A stretch of DNA of 64,000 nucleotides, from NCBI GenBank assembly GCA_963924565.1, contig OZ004609.1, forward strand, positions 15,376,001 through 15,440,000, read 5' to 3'. The first letter of the stretch is position 1; each line of letters starts with the position of its first letter. The DNA comes from Ascidiella aspersa (Eukaryota). A program made the translations under genes and the position numbers. The notes under the pieces are model-generated. The model did no database searches. It was not told the origin of the DNA and saw nothing but the letters and a program-made list of their open reading frames with translations. This document shows, one piece after another, positions 23,689 to 37,300 of the stretch.

Positions 23689-25199
23689 GATATATTAAAA
23701 ATGCTTTTTTACAAATAATTAAAACGTTTAATTACACATGAAAAACATTTGTTTATTTAATCAAGCAAAATTCATTAAAATGCTACTGTACAAAAGTTTG
23801 TTTTCAGCCAAACTCTAGCGATTTTCCTTAAGCAATGTAGTAGTAGTCCCCATACTGCATCTAAGTATCCGTTGGTGTTCTGACTTTTGCTTCTTGTTTC
23901 TTCACACCAAGCTATATAAGTATGTTGTTGCTAGCCCCCAGTACAGTATCATGTTGTAATATCAGAACTAATAATTTAAATAGTTCGTACTTACTATGTG
24001 ATGTCCATATTAAAGAGACACACCATGCCTTACATCGAACCGTCTAACACACTGCAAAAATTAGGCGTCTTGCCACCCCCTGGTTATGAACTTCATAAGC
24101 ATCGGAAAACCAGTTTATTGAATAGTGCAACCCCAAAAATGTAATCATACCCAAATAATTTAAACATGCTTGCTGTTTGTTGTTAAGTTATATTTTTTAA
24201 TTAAACATTAAACCCTCAACGCTATGCAGCATTACAATAATTCAACAGTGCTTTGCGGGCCACGATTGATGATGTCTGGCCTTGGTTTAAACCACCCTGG
24301 TTTAGGTCAAACAAAAAATTCCCTCTATAAACTTGAAGTTTGAGGCATAAATGGATGCATGTCAAATTCTGTTTCCTCCTGTTTAAATAATTGTACTTTT
24401 CAAGTGGCTTACTATTCTCCATCTTACTTTTACAGAACTATCTCCTTAACTATTTAACCTCATGTTAATTGACCTTCCACTGGTAATAAAGTAACATGAA
24501 TCGTATGTATGTTCGAGAGTTTCACTGTGGTTAACTTGCAACACTTTATGGAAATGTCCTTGGACAAGCTGGGTAAAAGTTAAATATCCTAATGTCTCCC
24601 AAATAACCACAAACAAACAAACAAACTGTCTAATTAATCATTCAACCAAACATATTAGGCTTCGTGCTGCATTATAGTATTTTCAGTTTTATGCCCAGGT
24701 CTGCAATGTTTAGGTTTAGGTCGTCACACATGTTACACTACATGAGACATAACTTTACAGGTGTTTACTATGAAATTACAAAACAAAAGTTTCTGTCATT
24801 TTTTGTGATACCTGTAATGAAACAGGTAAACATATTAGTCAACACAACTTTCATAATTCCGGGACACTGCCAACACGTTTGGTATAACTGGCAGGCCCAA
24901 CAGCATCTCAGTCCTTTTCTGGCAAATATTATTGAACCAAGGAAGGTATGCAGTTTTAAAGTTAATCATGTAATAATTCAAGAAGTAAAGAAGGACCATC
25001 GACTTGAAATTTTCACACATCACTTAAAGTAACCTCACGAATACAGCAATAAACTTTATTAAAAAATATTTAAGAAAAGTTTATTTTCATATTTAAGAAT
25101 TTTGAAATTCAGTCACATACGGCCCTAAAAATCAAACATGCAGAAAGTTATTCACTTAGGGAACAAGTCTACTCTTTTTTAAACAAGTCTTCTCTTTAT

Positions 25200-27923
25200 C
25201 TTCTTTCGTGTGTCAAACACGGAGCTCTGTTGACGAGAGCCATTTCAGAGTGTCATTGTCGAGGTCTCTGAGGCCTCGTTCCCCATGGGGTGGACGGTAG
25301 GTGGTACATTCCTCCACGATGTGATCCGCAGTTTGGTGTTGGGCGCCACATATGCAAGCTGGATTGTCGGTCAAGCCCCACTTCAGCATCGACGCTCCGA
25401 AACAGCCGACTCCAGTGCGGAGGCGGTTAAGATTAACCCACTGTCGCCGTGGAAGGTCCAGGCCTGTTACTTCATAAGGGCTGTCTATGTAGCGATGTAA
25501 TCTTGTTTGTGGTGCTGCTGACCACCTCTCCGTCCACCGGTTCTTTACCCAGGTGTCCTTGGACATGCCATCTCTGACGACCTGTAGCATCGTCTTTGCC
25601 TGGGCAGCAAAGGAGTGCCTCGATTTTAGGCGTTGATGGCAGGTCTTATTAGTGAGAACTCTGTGCAGTAGATGTTGTTCGTTGCAGAGCGCTTTTCTAC
25701 AGAGGGCTAGGGTCGCTGCCTCTCGGCGGATGTCAGGCGGTGCTATGCCGGCCAGCACGGGCAGCTGCTCGGTTGGCGTGGCACGTAGGCAGCCAGATAT
25801 GACACGCAACGCACTATTAAGGGTAGTGTCCACCTTCTTAGCGTGGCTACTTCGGCACCACACAGGGGCACAGTACTCAGCAGCGGATAGCACCAGTGCC
25901 TGGACAGATATACGCAGCACCTTAGTTGAGCCTCCCCACGCAGTACCGGCCAGACGGCGTATAAGCGCAATGCGAGCGGTTGCCTTCGCCCTGACGCTGT
26001 CGACGTGATGCTTGAACGTCAGCGTTCTGTCAAGCTTGACCCCGAGGTATGTGGGGGTAGCATTATGCTGCAACAACGTGTTGTTGACTCGGATGTTTGT
26101 AGTACGCTTGGCTTCCCTGTTATTTAGGTGGAACATTGTGGCCATAGTTTTCCCCATGCTTAATTTTAGTCTCCAGTTCTTGAAGTAGGACGACAGGATC
26201 CCCATGTCTGCGGTTAGACCTTCTTCGGCTTCGCCCCATGTTGGCTTGCTGAATAGAATTGCAAGATCATCTGCATAGCCATATTTCTTCGACTGGGTGG
26301 CGGGTAAGTCGTGAATATATATGTTAAATAACATAGGAGCAAGGACGGAACCTTGTGGTACGCCATTCCTCAGCTTTCGAGTCCTACTGCATTGACCGTT
26401 AATTGTGTGGAGCTGAAAGCTACGGTTACTCAGCATGTTTAATATGAAGTTGACCATATGCATATCTGGGATCATCTTCAGGAGCTTTAGGTGAAGACCA
26501 CGCAACCAAACGGTGTCATACGCAGCCGTGAGGTCGATGAACACGGCTCCGACTTTTTCACCAGCCTCAAACCCATTCTCTATATCTTGGCACAGTAGGG
26601 TAACCTGATCTGTGGTAGATCTGCCACTGCGGAAACCCGCTTGCTCCTTGGGCAATTGTGGATCGATAATAGGATTTAGGCGCGTGTGGAGAAGTCGCTC
26701 CAACATCTTATAAGGAACACACAATAGCGATATAGGGCGATAACTCTTCGGGTCGCCTTTTGGTTTGTTTGGCTTCGGTAAAGCTATTACCTTCGCCCGA
26801 CGCCAGATCTTGGGTAACCTGCCAGTTCGAAGACAGGTCGAGAAGAAAGAGGTTAGCCATGAGGACATTTTCCTTCCTTGATGTTTTATAAACTCTGGAT
26901 GAATTCCATCGATGCCTGGTGATCTGCCCACTTTAAGTTGTTTGGTGGCTTCCGCAAGTTCTTGGTCGGTGAAGTCGATTGAAAGGTTGGAGTTACAGGT
27001 GGGGGACGCACGAATTTCTTTGGTCTTGGCATTAATTCTTCTGCTGAAGGACCTGTCTACATTAGGGCAACGGTTGTTGCTGAGAAGTTGGGCGGCAATC
27101 GCATTGGCCGTGATGGGGCATTTACTTGGTTTTGCCGACCTTCCAGTAAGCCTGTTGACTGTTTGCCAGGCTCTACGACTGGAATGAGTAAAGTCTATTG
27201 ACTTCACTGTTTCATTCCATCTCTCCCTTCGTTGTTCGTTTAGTCTGCGGATGAGATCATCGGCAGCCCTTTCTCGATCATGGATGGATTCCGCCTCGTT
27301 TTTTGTGCGAAGTAATTGCTCGCATTCTTCGTCCCAGCAAGGAACGTAGCTCCTTCGAAAGCCGCGGGGAATGTTATTCTTCGCAGCAGAGGTTATAGCC
27401 TTGCAGAAGGTGCTATAGGCGCAGTTGATGTTGACTGAGTTCGGGGACGGCAAGCCAACAGCTATCGCATCGAGTTGTTGACTGAATCTTTTCCAGTTGG
27501 CTTTGCGGAAATTCCAACGCCTCACGGGATTCCCTTCAATAGGCTGAACTAACGCTGGGGTTAGAATCAGCGATGGACGATGGTGAGAATGGGGGAATCT
27601 ATCCAGAACGCGCCTCTCCGGCATTGGCTCACCGGCGCAGCTTTTAAAAAAGGCCAGGTCGCGATTGGTGTCGGTGTTCCAGCGCGCGGAGTGGAATGTC
27701 GGTTGCTCTTTCGGATCGAAAAGTAGAGTGGCGTCAATGGATGAAGCCCATTCGATAAGGGTGTCGCCGTCTGCATTGCTGACGCTATAGCCCCAGTCAG
27801 TGTGATGGCAGTTGAAGTCGCCGACGTAAAGAGCTGGTGCGGTGACATCTGGAAGTGAGTCGAGATACAGTCTGCTGGGTGGTGGCTTGTAGATGTTGAC
27901 GATGGTAGTGTCTTGTACCTTGG
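25200..27923 (-). mobile_element. 5'-truncated non-LTR retrotransposon, I-group (Vingi/Ingi-like)
   Basis: 10-bp TSD TTCTCTTTAT (25190-25199 and 27924-27933); very short 3' UTR ending CACGAAAGAAG; GC content clearly above the flanks. Confidence 0.9.
25213..27921 (-). CDS. APE endonuclease (N-truncated)-reverse transcriptase-C-terminal CCHC ORF of the LINE
   Basis: Frame stays open ~99 codons upstream of the listed Met (NIYKPP, VGDFNCHH, TFHSARW, SHHRP = APE). RT motifs YRPISLL, QAGFR, DLTAAYD, GVPQGSVLAP, YADD, YLGV; C-terminal CICG..QTADHIVEEC; no RNase H recognised. Confidence 0.92.
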   Translation of the reverse strand, partial: KVQDTTIVNIYKPPPSRLYLDSLPDVTAPALYVGDFNCHHTDWGYSVSNADGDTLIEWASSIDATLLFDPKEQPTFHSARWNTDTNRDLAFFKSCAGEPMPERRVLDRFPHSHHRPSLILTPALVQPIEGNPVRRWNFRKANWKRFSQQLDAIAVGLPSPNSVNINCAYSTFCKAITSAAKNNIPRGFRRSYVPCWDEECEQLLRTKNEAESIHDRERAADDLIRRLNEQRRERWNETVKSIDFTHSSRRAWQTVNRLTGRSAKPSKCPITANAIAAQLLSNNRCPNVDRSFSRRINAKTKEIRASPTCNSNLSIDFTDQELAEATKQLKVGRSPGIDGIHPEFIKHQGRKMSSWLTSFFSTCLRTGRLPKIWRRAKVIALPKPNKPKGDPKSYRPISLLCVPYKMLERLLHTRLNPIIDPQLPKEQAGFRSGRSTTDQVTLLCQDIENGFEAGEKVGAVFIDLTAAYDTVWLRGLHLKLLKMIPDMHMVNFILNMLSNRSFQLHTINGQCSRTRKLRNGVPQGSVLAPMLFNIYIHDLPATQSKKYGYADDLAILFSKPTWGEAEEGLTADMGILSSYFKNWRLKLSMGKTMATMFHLNNREAKRTTNIRVNNTLLQHNATPTYLGVKLDRTLTFKHHVDSVRAKATARIALIRRLAGTAWGGSTKVLRISVQALVLSAAEYCAPVWCRSSHAKKVDTTLNSALRVISGCLRATPTEQLPVLAGIAPPDIRREAATLALCRKALCNEQHLLHRVLTNKTCHQRLKSRHSFAAQAKTMLQVVRDGMSKDTWVKNRWTERWSAAPQTRLHRYIDSPYEVTGLDLPRRQWVNLNRLRTGVGCFGASMLKWGLTDNPACICGAQHQTADHIVEECTTYRPPHGERGLRDLDNDTLKWLSSTELRV

Positions 27924-28305
27924 TTCTCTTTATAAAGAGCCATGAGTTGACCGCCGGTTATTCACTATTGGGGTATTGATATTCACTTAAAAATTCACTG
28001 TAAAAACTTTGGATACGGTTGATTTGATTACTAGTTAAAAAGTATAAAAAAGCCTATGGTATAAATATAGCAGAATTTTGATGTGGAAATTTGAATAAAA
28101 AATTTTGGTATAAATCTTGGTTGGCCAAAAATTAAGGATTTTTTTTAATTTTACAAATTTCAACTTGTCAATATAAATATAACCTGTACGTACAGCTCAA
28201 TATAAAATAAAAATCTTGATATTTTAATTACATATTTTTTTGCAGTTCGACTGTTGCTTAAACAATTGGAACACTAAGTTATTTAAAAACAAACAATTTT
28301 TAATT

Positions 28306-31300
28306 ATGTTATCACAAATTAGGCAAATTGGTTTGGTCCCTGCTGGTTGTCAACCGTGGAACAAGAATATGGTTGCTGGTTGTGGTTCATCATTCGCCTA
28401 TTGTGCAACGCTGGCTGTCTATATTTATGAAGTATGTTTTTAATATTTTCTGAATAATTTTTTGGCATATTTTAATGTGTTTTTTACATATATTGCATAT
28501 ATGGTTAGTTTGACATAGAGTGCGACGAGTACAAGTTGACTTCAATAAATGCCATGCATTCCAAAACAATATTATCTATTACGTGGAACTTATCGAAACC
28601 TCAACTTTTTGCAACTTCTGGAGCAGATCAAAAGGTCTTTGTTTGGGATGTTAAGCAGAGGAAATGTGTCGCCAAGTTACTCAAAATACAATGTAGGTTT
28701 GTAGTTAGAAATATTGTATTTTGTGTTAATATTTGAAATTTTCAATGTTACAATCAAAATGTCCTAAATCCAAGATGTTGCTAAAATGGAAAACATAAAT
28801 ATATGTTTTTGCAAGTTTTACTTTTAACCCCAAAAAGCGATGTTTCTTAAAAAAAAAGTACATTGAAAATTATTCAAAAGTAGAAAATATTTAATTTGAC
28901 AATGATGTAACATTATACTTCATGTTCCTTGTAAAAGTGTTAAACGCTCATAGTTTTGGTTCACAAATTAATAAAAACTGTTTATAACTAAATCGTGTAT
29001 ATCTTTATGCTAATTTAGCAACTTATTATAGTCTTACTTAGGTATACCCAAATCAATTTGTTGGCTACCTGGCGGTAGTCATGCAGACATTCTTGCTTTT
29101 TTGGGACCTCAAGGGCCAATATATTTATGGGATACTTCAAATGATTCATTGTCAACCTTTCCAGAAACCAATGGGTTTGATAGTGAAATCACTATTTTCA
29201 AATGGCATCATACAGATACAGCAAAGTTTGTGTTGGGTCATATTGATGGAAGCCTGTCGTTTTTCTCTTCAGGTAAGTTTTTTGTTTTTCTAATATTCAA
29301 AATGTTATAGCGTGATTGTTTTAAAGTCATTATTACCTACCAATCAGTTAACATGTACAAAGATTACCCTTAAACTGTGTATGAATGATGCCATGGGATT
29401 TAAAAATTGAAAATGATGTCCTAATAAAAACATCAAGCCTAATTTAAAACTTATGCAGCAAGCAATTTAGGATAATTGCATAAAAATAATTCTTTGTGGG
29501 ATACACATAACTGTATTTCAAAAAAACTTAAGAAAATTAAATTGACTTATTTAATTTGGTAAAGAATTTGTTTAAACTTTAAAAAGTTTTTTTAAGAATA
29601 TGAAAGAAGGTTTTTATTTTTCTGAATCTCTGATTTTTATGAAAAAAAAGTTATTTTTTTAATGATTCAGGTAAAGTTTATAAGGCTTTTTTAGAAGAGT
29701 AATGGTAATAGGTTAGTAAAATATGGTATCTAGAAAAGGGATTGCTAATCTGTGGCACATTGCAAGTGGTACACTCGAACAATCATATGTGGAAATGTAG
29801 GCGTAATACCCTGAAAAAGTACCTTTAAACATTTCAATTTCATTTATTTTCTCTGATTGAGCATATTAATGATCAGTATGGCAAAGCACCATTAGGTGTC
29901 AAGACTTGAAACGGGGTTCTCCCTTTGGCGCGGAAGCCAAAACAGAGTGAAGCAGATGGTTAGGATCAAGTACTCAAAGGGCCAGATATAAAGTTGCTTG
30001 TGTATTTGCTGTTTTACTTTGACTGGTAGCACTTTTGACTTTAATTGAGATAGTCACAAGTCCAAATAGGAGCTTTAGGTTGTATTTTTGTAACCCCCTT
30101 TTGGTAGTTTTACAAAATCTTGTTGTCTTGTTTATTTGTGTGGGAGGATGGTTTCCCAATAAAGGTTGGTGTCTAACATATATAGCTGATCCATTTTGTC
30201 CAGTTGACCATCCAAGCAAGTAAATAAACATGAAGACTTGTCATTTAAGAACTATGTATATGCAGAACAATTAAAAGGCACTTCTTTGGGTAATGTTATC
30301 ACTAGTTGTCTTGCTAATTTGGTTAAAATGTGTTTTGTTACCCACTCTGGAACCTTGACCAGACTGAAATCCCCTTGAATGAAAGGGTTGTGTTTCGCCG
30401 TCAATCATTGTAATTACTTCGGTGATTGATAAATCCATGCATTAAAACAAACAAATAAGTACCTTGGAAATTTGTAGATGGCGTACTCACCTTTTTTTGT
30501 TGTGTATAATTTCCTGTAACTGGCGAATAAAAAATTTTATTGAATATTTAACCCTGGCTTGAAATGTAAATTTCAGGTAAGAGAAACAAACATTGCTTGA
30601 GATCTTCAGATGTTTCCACACCCACTGATGTTGATCCTGTGTTGGCTCTTTTATGGGATCCACTTTCCACAGATTACCTGCTTGTTTCAAGAAAATCTTC
30701 TGGTTAGTAGGATTTTGTTAAATTCCTGTTTAGATTTATTTATATTTATGCATGATTTCAGGCATTCAACTTTTGGATTCAAATTTGCTGACTGTCATAA
30801 CAAAGTTTAAATTGCCAAGTCACATGGTTTCTACTCAAACATTGTCATGGGTTGACAGTGCCCCGGGGATGTTTCTAACTGGTGGTACTATAAATCTTCC
30901 TTCTATTTTTGTGACTCTTAAGTCTTTATAACAGTAATGTTATTTGTAAACATCAATATTTGCTTTTATTTGGAAATACTGCAAAGTATTCTTATAATAG
31001 TTTTTCTTTCATTTTTTATTAAGTGCATAATTTTTTTGCTATGTACGTTTATGGCTAGATCATGAAACTGGTGTAATGCGACTTTGGAATGTTTCCAACT
31101 CATCACCTCTGCAAAATATCCCTCTGAAATCTAATGGATTTCATTGTTTATATGCTCTTGATGCACCAAGTCAAGACAACACAGGTAATATCTGGACAAA
31201 AAATTATATATTTGGAATTTTAAGAAAGTAAACTTGAGTTCAGCTCTTAGACTGTCCTATGCTTAAATATTATGCATGTGTAGTTCAGTAACTTTTTTAT

Positions 31301-34300
31301 AATTTTTTTGTGTTTGGACTTATTTTTGGAAAAAGTTGGTATAATCTGTTTTAGTTTTTAGATGCATTTTGTAAACAGGGTTTGGACACCAGGCCATCCC
31401 TTCCCATACTATATTTTTAATTTAGTAAAGTAACTGCAGAACATATTAGCCCTTCAAGTATTTTTTTTAATATTTATTTGTTTTTTCCTCTTTTAATGAT
31501 TTTTTAAGGCATAATGAGAAATAAACACGATATTGAAAGTATAATGACCCTATTCAATTAATTTTGGCCTACTTTGTAAATATAAAAAAGTTATCTGGCC
31601 TCCATAGGTATTTTTTCTTACACCTTTTCTATGTGACAAATAGGCTATGTGACTCAGACTTTATTGTCTAGCTATTGTAGTGTGGGTAATGCCCTTTAAA
31701 ACAAGATAAAAGCTATGAACACTTATTTCACTTCTGTGCTTTGACAAACTATGTTTATGATTACTATAACTACATTATTGTAAAAATATTCCTGTTCAGT
31801 GTATATGTTTTTTGTTGCCATAGGGATGTGGGGACCAAGGCTCTAAAGTTATAAGTTATATACTTGATCATTTGCAATTAGCCTTTTCATATAGCCAAAT
31901 TAAAAGGTGACTTTTTAAAATGGAGCTGCCTATAAAAGGTGGTCAGTTTGCACAGCCATTTTTGAGCTGTGACAGGTTTGTAGATAGTATTGTAATGATG
32001 ACTATGTTTGCGATTGACAATTCACAATGGCCGATGGCGGACTGCCTACAAGCATGTTTTGCAATACCATCTGGTTCACTTATTCAGTTTAGCAGTTAAA
32101 TCCTTAAAATATGGAAATTCCCCTATTGTGAAAACTTGCTAAATAGGCTGTATTGTAACCAAATGATGGAAATTAGTACTGTAAAATGTTATACGAATAT
32201 GCATATACAGAACAAAGAGCATTGCAAATTAGCTTAAAAAGTCATTTTTTTGCCAAGATATATTTTTTAAAGTTTGGAAACAATTGCTGCTGTTCTTCTA
32301 TGACTTGCAGAAGGCTAGCGTGCTGCTGTGCATCATCACTGATGTCAGTGATAAGTAGTCAGTGTTTAACTTGACCATTCTCTCAGCCACATCAATAACA
32401 ACATGACAGTATTTATAAAGCGAAATTTACTTGGCGTCGGCGTATCCAACATTTTTCTGTATATTGCCGCTTTCTTTCTTTGCCCATAGTAGATGTTAAT
32501 TGAACAATTAAACATCACAATTTTTCATTGAGGTACCAATGATGCTTTAGCAACTTGTTTAGGTAACCTCTTCGACCTGGTTGTCATATTTTGAACATTC
32601 TTTCATCTCCAGGTCATTCATTGAAGCATAGGAACCAATACTTCTTTTTAACCAAGCTGGAACGTAAAAACAAGACAATAAACTGGTTGATGCGCTCCAA
32701 CTGGTTTACAAAATCTTGTTCGTAGCCCATCTGTTTCATCCACATGAACATCTTTTGACAGTATAGCACCTAACTCGTCTATCAAGCGCTGCGTGTAGCC
32801 CCAGGTCTACAAAAAGAGGAACCAGTAATGTCTTTAAATATAACAAGAGTAGTGTGTCTCGCACATTTTTTGTGGTCACCCCTTAGAAATACAATTTATG
32901 TTTGTTTTACTTGAGTAAGAAGAAATCACCTTTAACCGGTTTTGCTTTTTTCAACAACCATTCATTTAAGATTAGCATGGTTTGAAGGGCATTTTTTGTT
33001 AAGCGTCTACCATTTTGATTTAAAGCCATTAGGTAAACTGTGCTCGGGACCAGTTGTTTTATGCCAAACAACTGTTTCCCTACGGATCCTATCAGCAATT
33101 GGTATATATCAGGGGTGGGCAAATGTAGTCAATGGAAGAGCCATTTGCAGAAAATACTAGTACCAGAGAGCCTCAAAATTATTCCAATACAAAAACTGTT
33201 AATAATGCAAGTTCTGCAATAATAACAGAATTGTAATATAACAAGCATTAGATGTCATCGTTTCATTTTGCAGTGTATTCAAGCAGACTAAACTGAGCTC
33301 AAGCTTACTGTCTGAGCAATGAAATTGCGTTGACGTTGACTTGCTGTTAACTAAATCTTCGGATTCTCTGCCTAGTGTTACGTCATAAACGAAATGCTGG
33401 CCTAATAGAAACGTGCATAAACGGTATCTTGATAGCCTTTACAATTTTTTTGGAATTTTATGATTCGACTAGAAGAGCCCAAAAAAACATGCCCAGTTTG
33501 CCCACCCCTGGTATATATGAAGGCGACATGCAAGACATAATACCTTTTGCAACCTAGGTGATCAACAGGGGGACAGCATCACGTATCCTGACACTGTTAG
33601 AAGCTGTCGGGTCAAATACTAAAGCTTTGGAAAAGCTGATCCAAATATTCTTTTCTTTTAATTAATTTAATTAAAAAACAAACAAGTGTATTGATAAGGG
33701 ACGACTGCAAAGAATGTGCGATAAACACTCATGCTACATTACCCAAAGTTCCTTCTCTTGTCATAGACCTGGCGCTACACACTGCGTTTGATGGATGAGT
33801 CAGGTCCTACACAACCAAAAGATATTCATATGGATGAAACAGATAGGCTACAAACAAGATTTTGTGAACCAGTTGGGGCACATCAACCAGTTTATTGCCT
33901 TGTTTTATGTTCCAGCTTTGTTAAAAACAGTTATTGGTTTCTATGCTCCAATAAATGACCCGACGCTTTTGCAAACCATCAAAGAGAATTCAAAATTTGA
34001 CAACACAAGAAGAGGTTGCCTAACCAAGTTGCTGAAGCATCATTGATACCTCAATGAAGAAATTGTAATGTTTTATTATGTTCAGCTAACACCTACTATG
34101 GACGAAAAACGAAAAATAAACAGAAAATTTTAGGATAAACCCAAACCAAGTAAATTTTGCCACGGGTTGCCAGTATTGTATTTAAATGTAACAGAAAGCA
34201 GACTTTCAGTGCAACTGGCTGAGGCTTCCAGTTTGTGACTAGCTGCAAGATAGAGACTAACGAGTTGAGGAAAACTTTGTAAATACTGTCAAGTTGCTAA

Positions 34301-37300
34301 TGATGCTGCAAAAATAATGGTCGAGTTCACTGATTACTCATCACTGACATCACTGATGATGCACAGCAGCGCGCTAGTCTCCTGGTAATTTGCAATGCTT
34401 CTTTGTGTTGAATATGCGTATTTCTTGTTGATGTATTACAAATAACATTTTACAATACTATTGTTAAATAAAAAAGGGTAAGAAGAACCAAATTAGACAA
34501 GGTGTGGTTTAGTCTTTTAAGCTGGTGACACTGTGACACTGTAACACAGACGTTCTCCAAAATTTGTTAGTTGAACTTTTAAAGAAATACAAAAAGAAAA
34601 AAACATATTGAAAATATTTTAGCACACCATTCCACAAGCATCCCTATGCGTGGCTGTCAAAGTTTATCCTCTACCCATAGCCAAGCACACGCTGTACCAC
34701 CAGCTCGCATTGTATGTGCATTTTCAGATGGCGGTGTGGGCTTGTACAATTTGCAACAAAATAGGTGGAGCTTTTTAAGAGAACAGGTACACTAACTTAC
34801 ATTTTTTGTTCTGGTATTCAGGTTTGTTAATCCAATTTTGTTAATTTATTTTGATGTAAAACTGAGTGCATATTCAGCCAGATGGTTGCTTATTCAGCCA
34901 GATGGTATGACATACTGGTTGTCTTTGGAAAAGCTATTACCAAAATGAGTTGGCCTGAGAATTGCAGTGCAAGCAAGACTAGGCTAGAAATATCCAACCT
35001 GTGATGAGGTTCCAACTAACGACCTAGACCACAGGTTCCCAACTTGGGCAGCACCGCCCCCATGTGGGCATTGGCAAGTTACAAGGGGGTGTTTTTGGTC
35101 TTTGTCTCATTTAGGGGGCGCTGAACGCACATCAGGTGATGTTACGTAAAAGTACTTCCGTAAAATTTTATAAACACTTTACATAAAAATAGTAACAAAC
35201 AGCACTGTAATACTGTATGTAACATTTAAGTTTAAATGGCAACTTTCGTACTGCGAACTTGTGGTAGTTTCCCCGCCCATTGTTAACTGGTGTCATAATT
35301 GGCTTTCTTATGTAAGGTTGATGGTTGTTGTTGCATTTCACCATTTTATATGCAACAAAATGTTTCTTTATGCAGAGTCTTGGTGCAGAAAGTTGAAGTT
35401 TTTCTGGTAATAACATAACCTTGAGAAATAATGTATGTATATTGGGAAGTAATTTGGCGCTGGTATAGAATCCTACCACATCGAACATTATTTGGGTTAG
35501 GGTGAAGGTTAGCGTTTGGGTTTGGGTAGGTTAAGCACTATTATTAAATAATAATATTATAATTGTTTCAACGCTGTGGTAGGGTTCTATAGACTAGGGT
35601 CAGCAAGTAGTGTGTCGCGACCCAAATTTGGGTCGCTTAACGGGATACTAATGAGCATTATTGTCTCTATTAATAATAAATTTTTGTTAACATTAACTGC
35701 TTAACCAGGCTATTTTTCAAAAACACGATATAAACAATCTATTATAAGATGCTTTATGCGAATCTTTATGTTGTTAATGCGCTGTGGGACACTAACGTCA
35801 TGGTAATGTAACCTAGCTTTTTGGAAATATATGTTTGGTGTGGTCAAGCATTGTCCATCTTTTCAAATAAGAAGCTTTTCCAGCTTGACGCATTGAGTTA
35901 GGCTGGGCAAAGCAGGGTTATTTAACGTTATTGTGTTAAATTTTATATTGCCCCCTCAAAAATCCTTAGACCCGTGCCTTATAGTGTTGAGCTTATAATG
36001 TTGAGTTTCCTAAAACAATTGCGAGACGTCCGGCATCTTTACTGAGGCCTGCCAAAAATCTTAACACACCTTGCCAGTAATTCTTGCTGTAAGCTAAGTA
36101 GCGGGCGAGGGGGGTAATGGCGGGGAGTTGATGGGGCTGCCACCGAATGAGACATCACAAGTAGTAAAACTCCGGGCTTCTTTCAAGTTGTGTTACAGAA
36201 CCCTAAATGAACAAAACACATAACACAGATTTATTTTCATCAATAGAGACACAATAAGTTACTGTGTTGTTTTGTAACAAAGCTATTTATTAAAAACAAC
36301 TTTAGGTATTTGGGTCGCAAGACCTTGATACTAGTAATTTTGGGTCGCGCCAAAAAGTATTTGTGGACCCCTGCTATAGATCACTGCTCTGCAACTTGTG
36401 TGCCGCGTAATCATGCCTGGTGTGCGGCGACGTACCCGGAGGTGTGTTAATTACGTTTTTAAGGGTACTGTGACAATCCCAGGGTGTAATTTTATGAACT
36501 TTTCAGAATATTTAAAACTTATTTAAAACCTATTTTATCTTCTAACTAATCAAATATCAAAATATATTTGTCAACTCACAACAAATATTTCCAAACTTTA
36601 CAGCAAAGTCAAGATTAACTATAAGCTCGAAACCCATAAAATACAACTGTATTTATATTATTGACATTATGTGATTGTGTAATTAGTCTTGGCAGCAGTT
36701 TTGAAAAAAAATTATGCAAAAAAAGTAAAAAGCACCAAGGCAGGTTTAATTTTTCGAATGTTATTAAAAGCCTTCTGTTATCTAATCAGCTATTGCAAGG
36801 GGGTACAATTTTCCGAACTTTGACCGGCTTTATAAATTTTAGGCAGTCTGCGAAACCGCAAAATTTGAATACATCATTCACTTCTTTTTCTATTGGCTGC
36901 CTCAGTATTTTGCTGATGTTGTGTATTGTCTGTCGACATATATTTTGTAGGTGTGATGCCAAATTGTTTTAGGTCTGTAGGTGTGCCGTAAGTGGAAAAA
37001 ATATTGTGGAGCACTGTTCAAGACCAGCCAAAGTAATCTTTCATGTTGAACAAACGACAAAACTGGATTGCATTATCAAGTTAAATTTTCCGCAAAATGC
37101 AGTGTTATTGTTATGTTTTAGTATGCAAGAAACAAAATTATGTTGAATCGTCAGCCATTTTTGCAGTAGTGCAGAGTAGTTTGCATCAGTGTGTACCTTA
37201 GCGCAATTATTGTTGTATGCAAATTATATATATGCCTTAATTTTTTTTTTTTTTTTTCTATGCACCTACGTCAATAATTGAGAGGGGCATTTGAAATAAT

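Larger units (their letters stand above)
35455..37030. mobile_element. ~150-bp TIR element with telomere-like core, right TIR split by two hAT MITEs
   Basis: Left TIR TGGCGCTGGTATAGAATCCTACCACA; right TIR TGTGGTAGGGTTCTA..[inserts]..AGACCAGCCA; TSD AAGTAATT / AAGTAATC. The same TIR occurs at 12388 and 23395. Confidence 0.75.

Noticed and set aside
24200-25050. Possible decayed coding relic next to the LINE
   Set aside because: Multiple stops in every frame and no recognisable motif.
25285-27848. Several 70-120-aa ORFs overlapping the LINE
   Set aside because: Alternative-frame or antisense ORFs expected in GC-richer coding sequence; no motifs.
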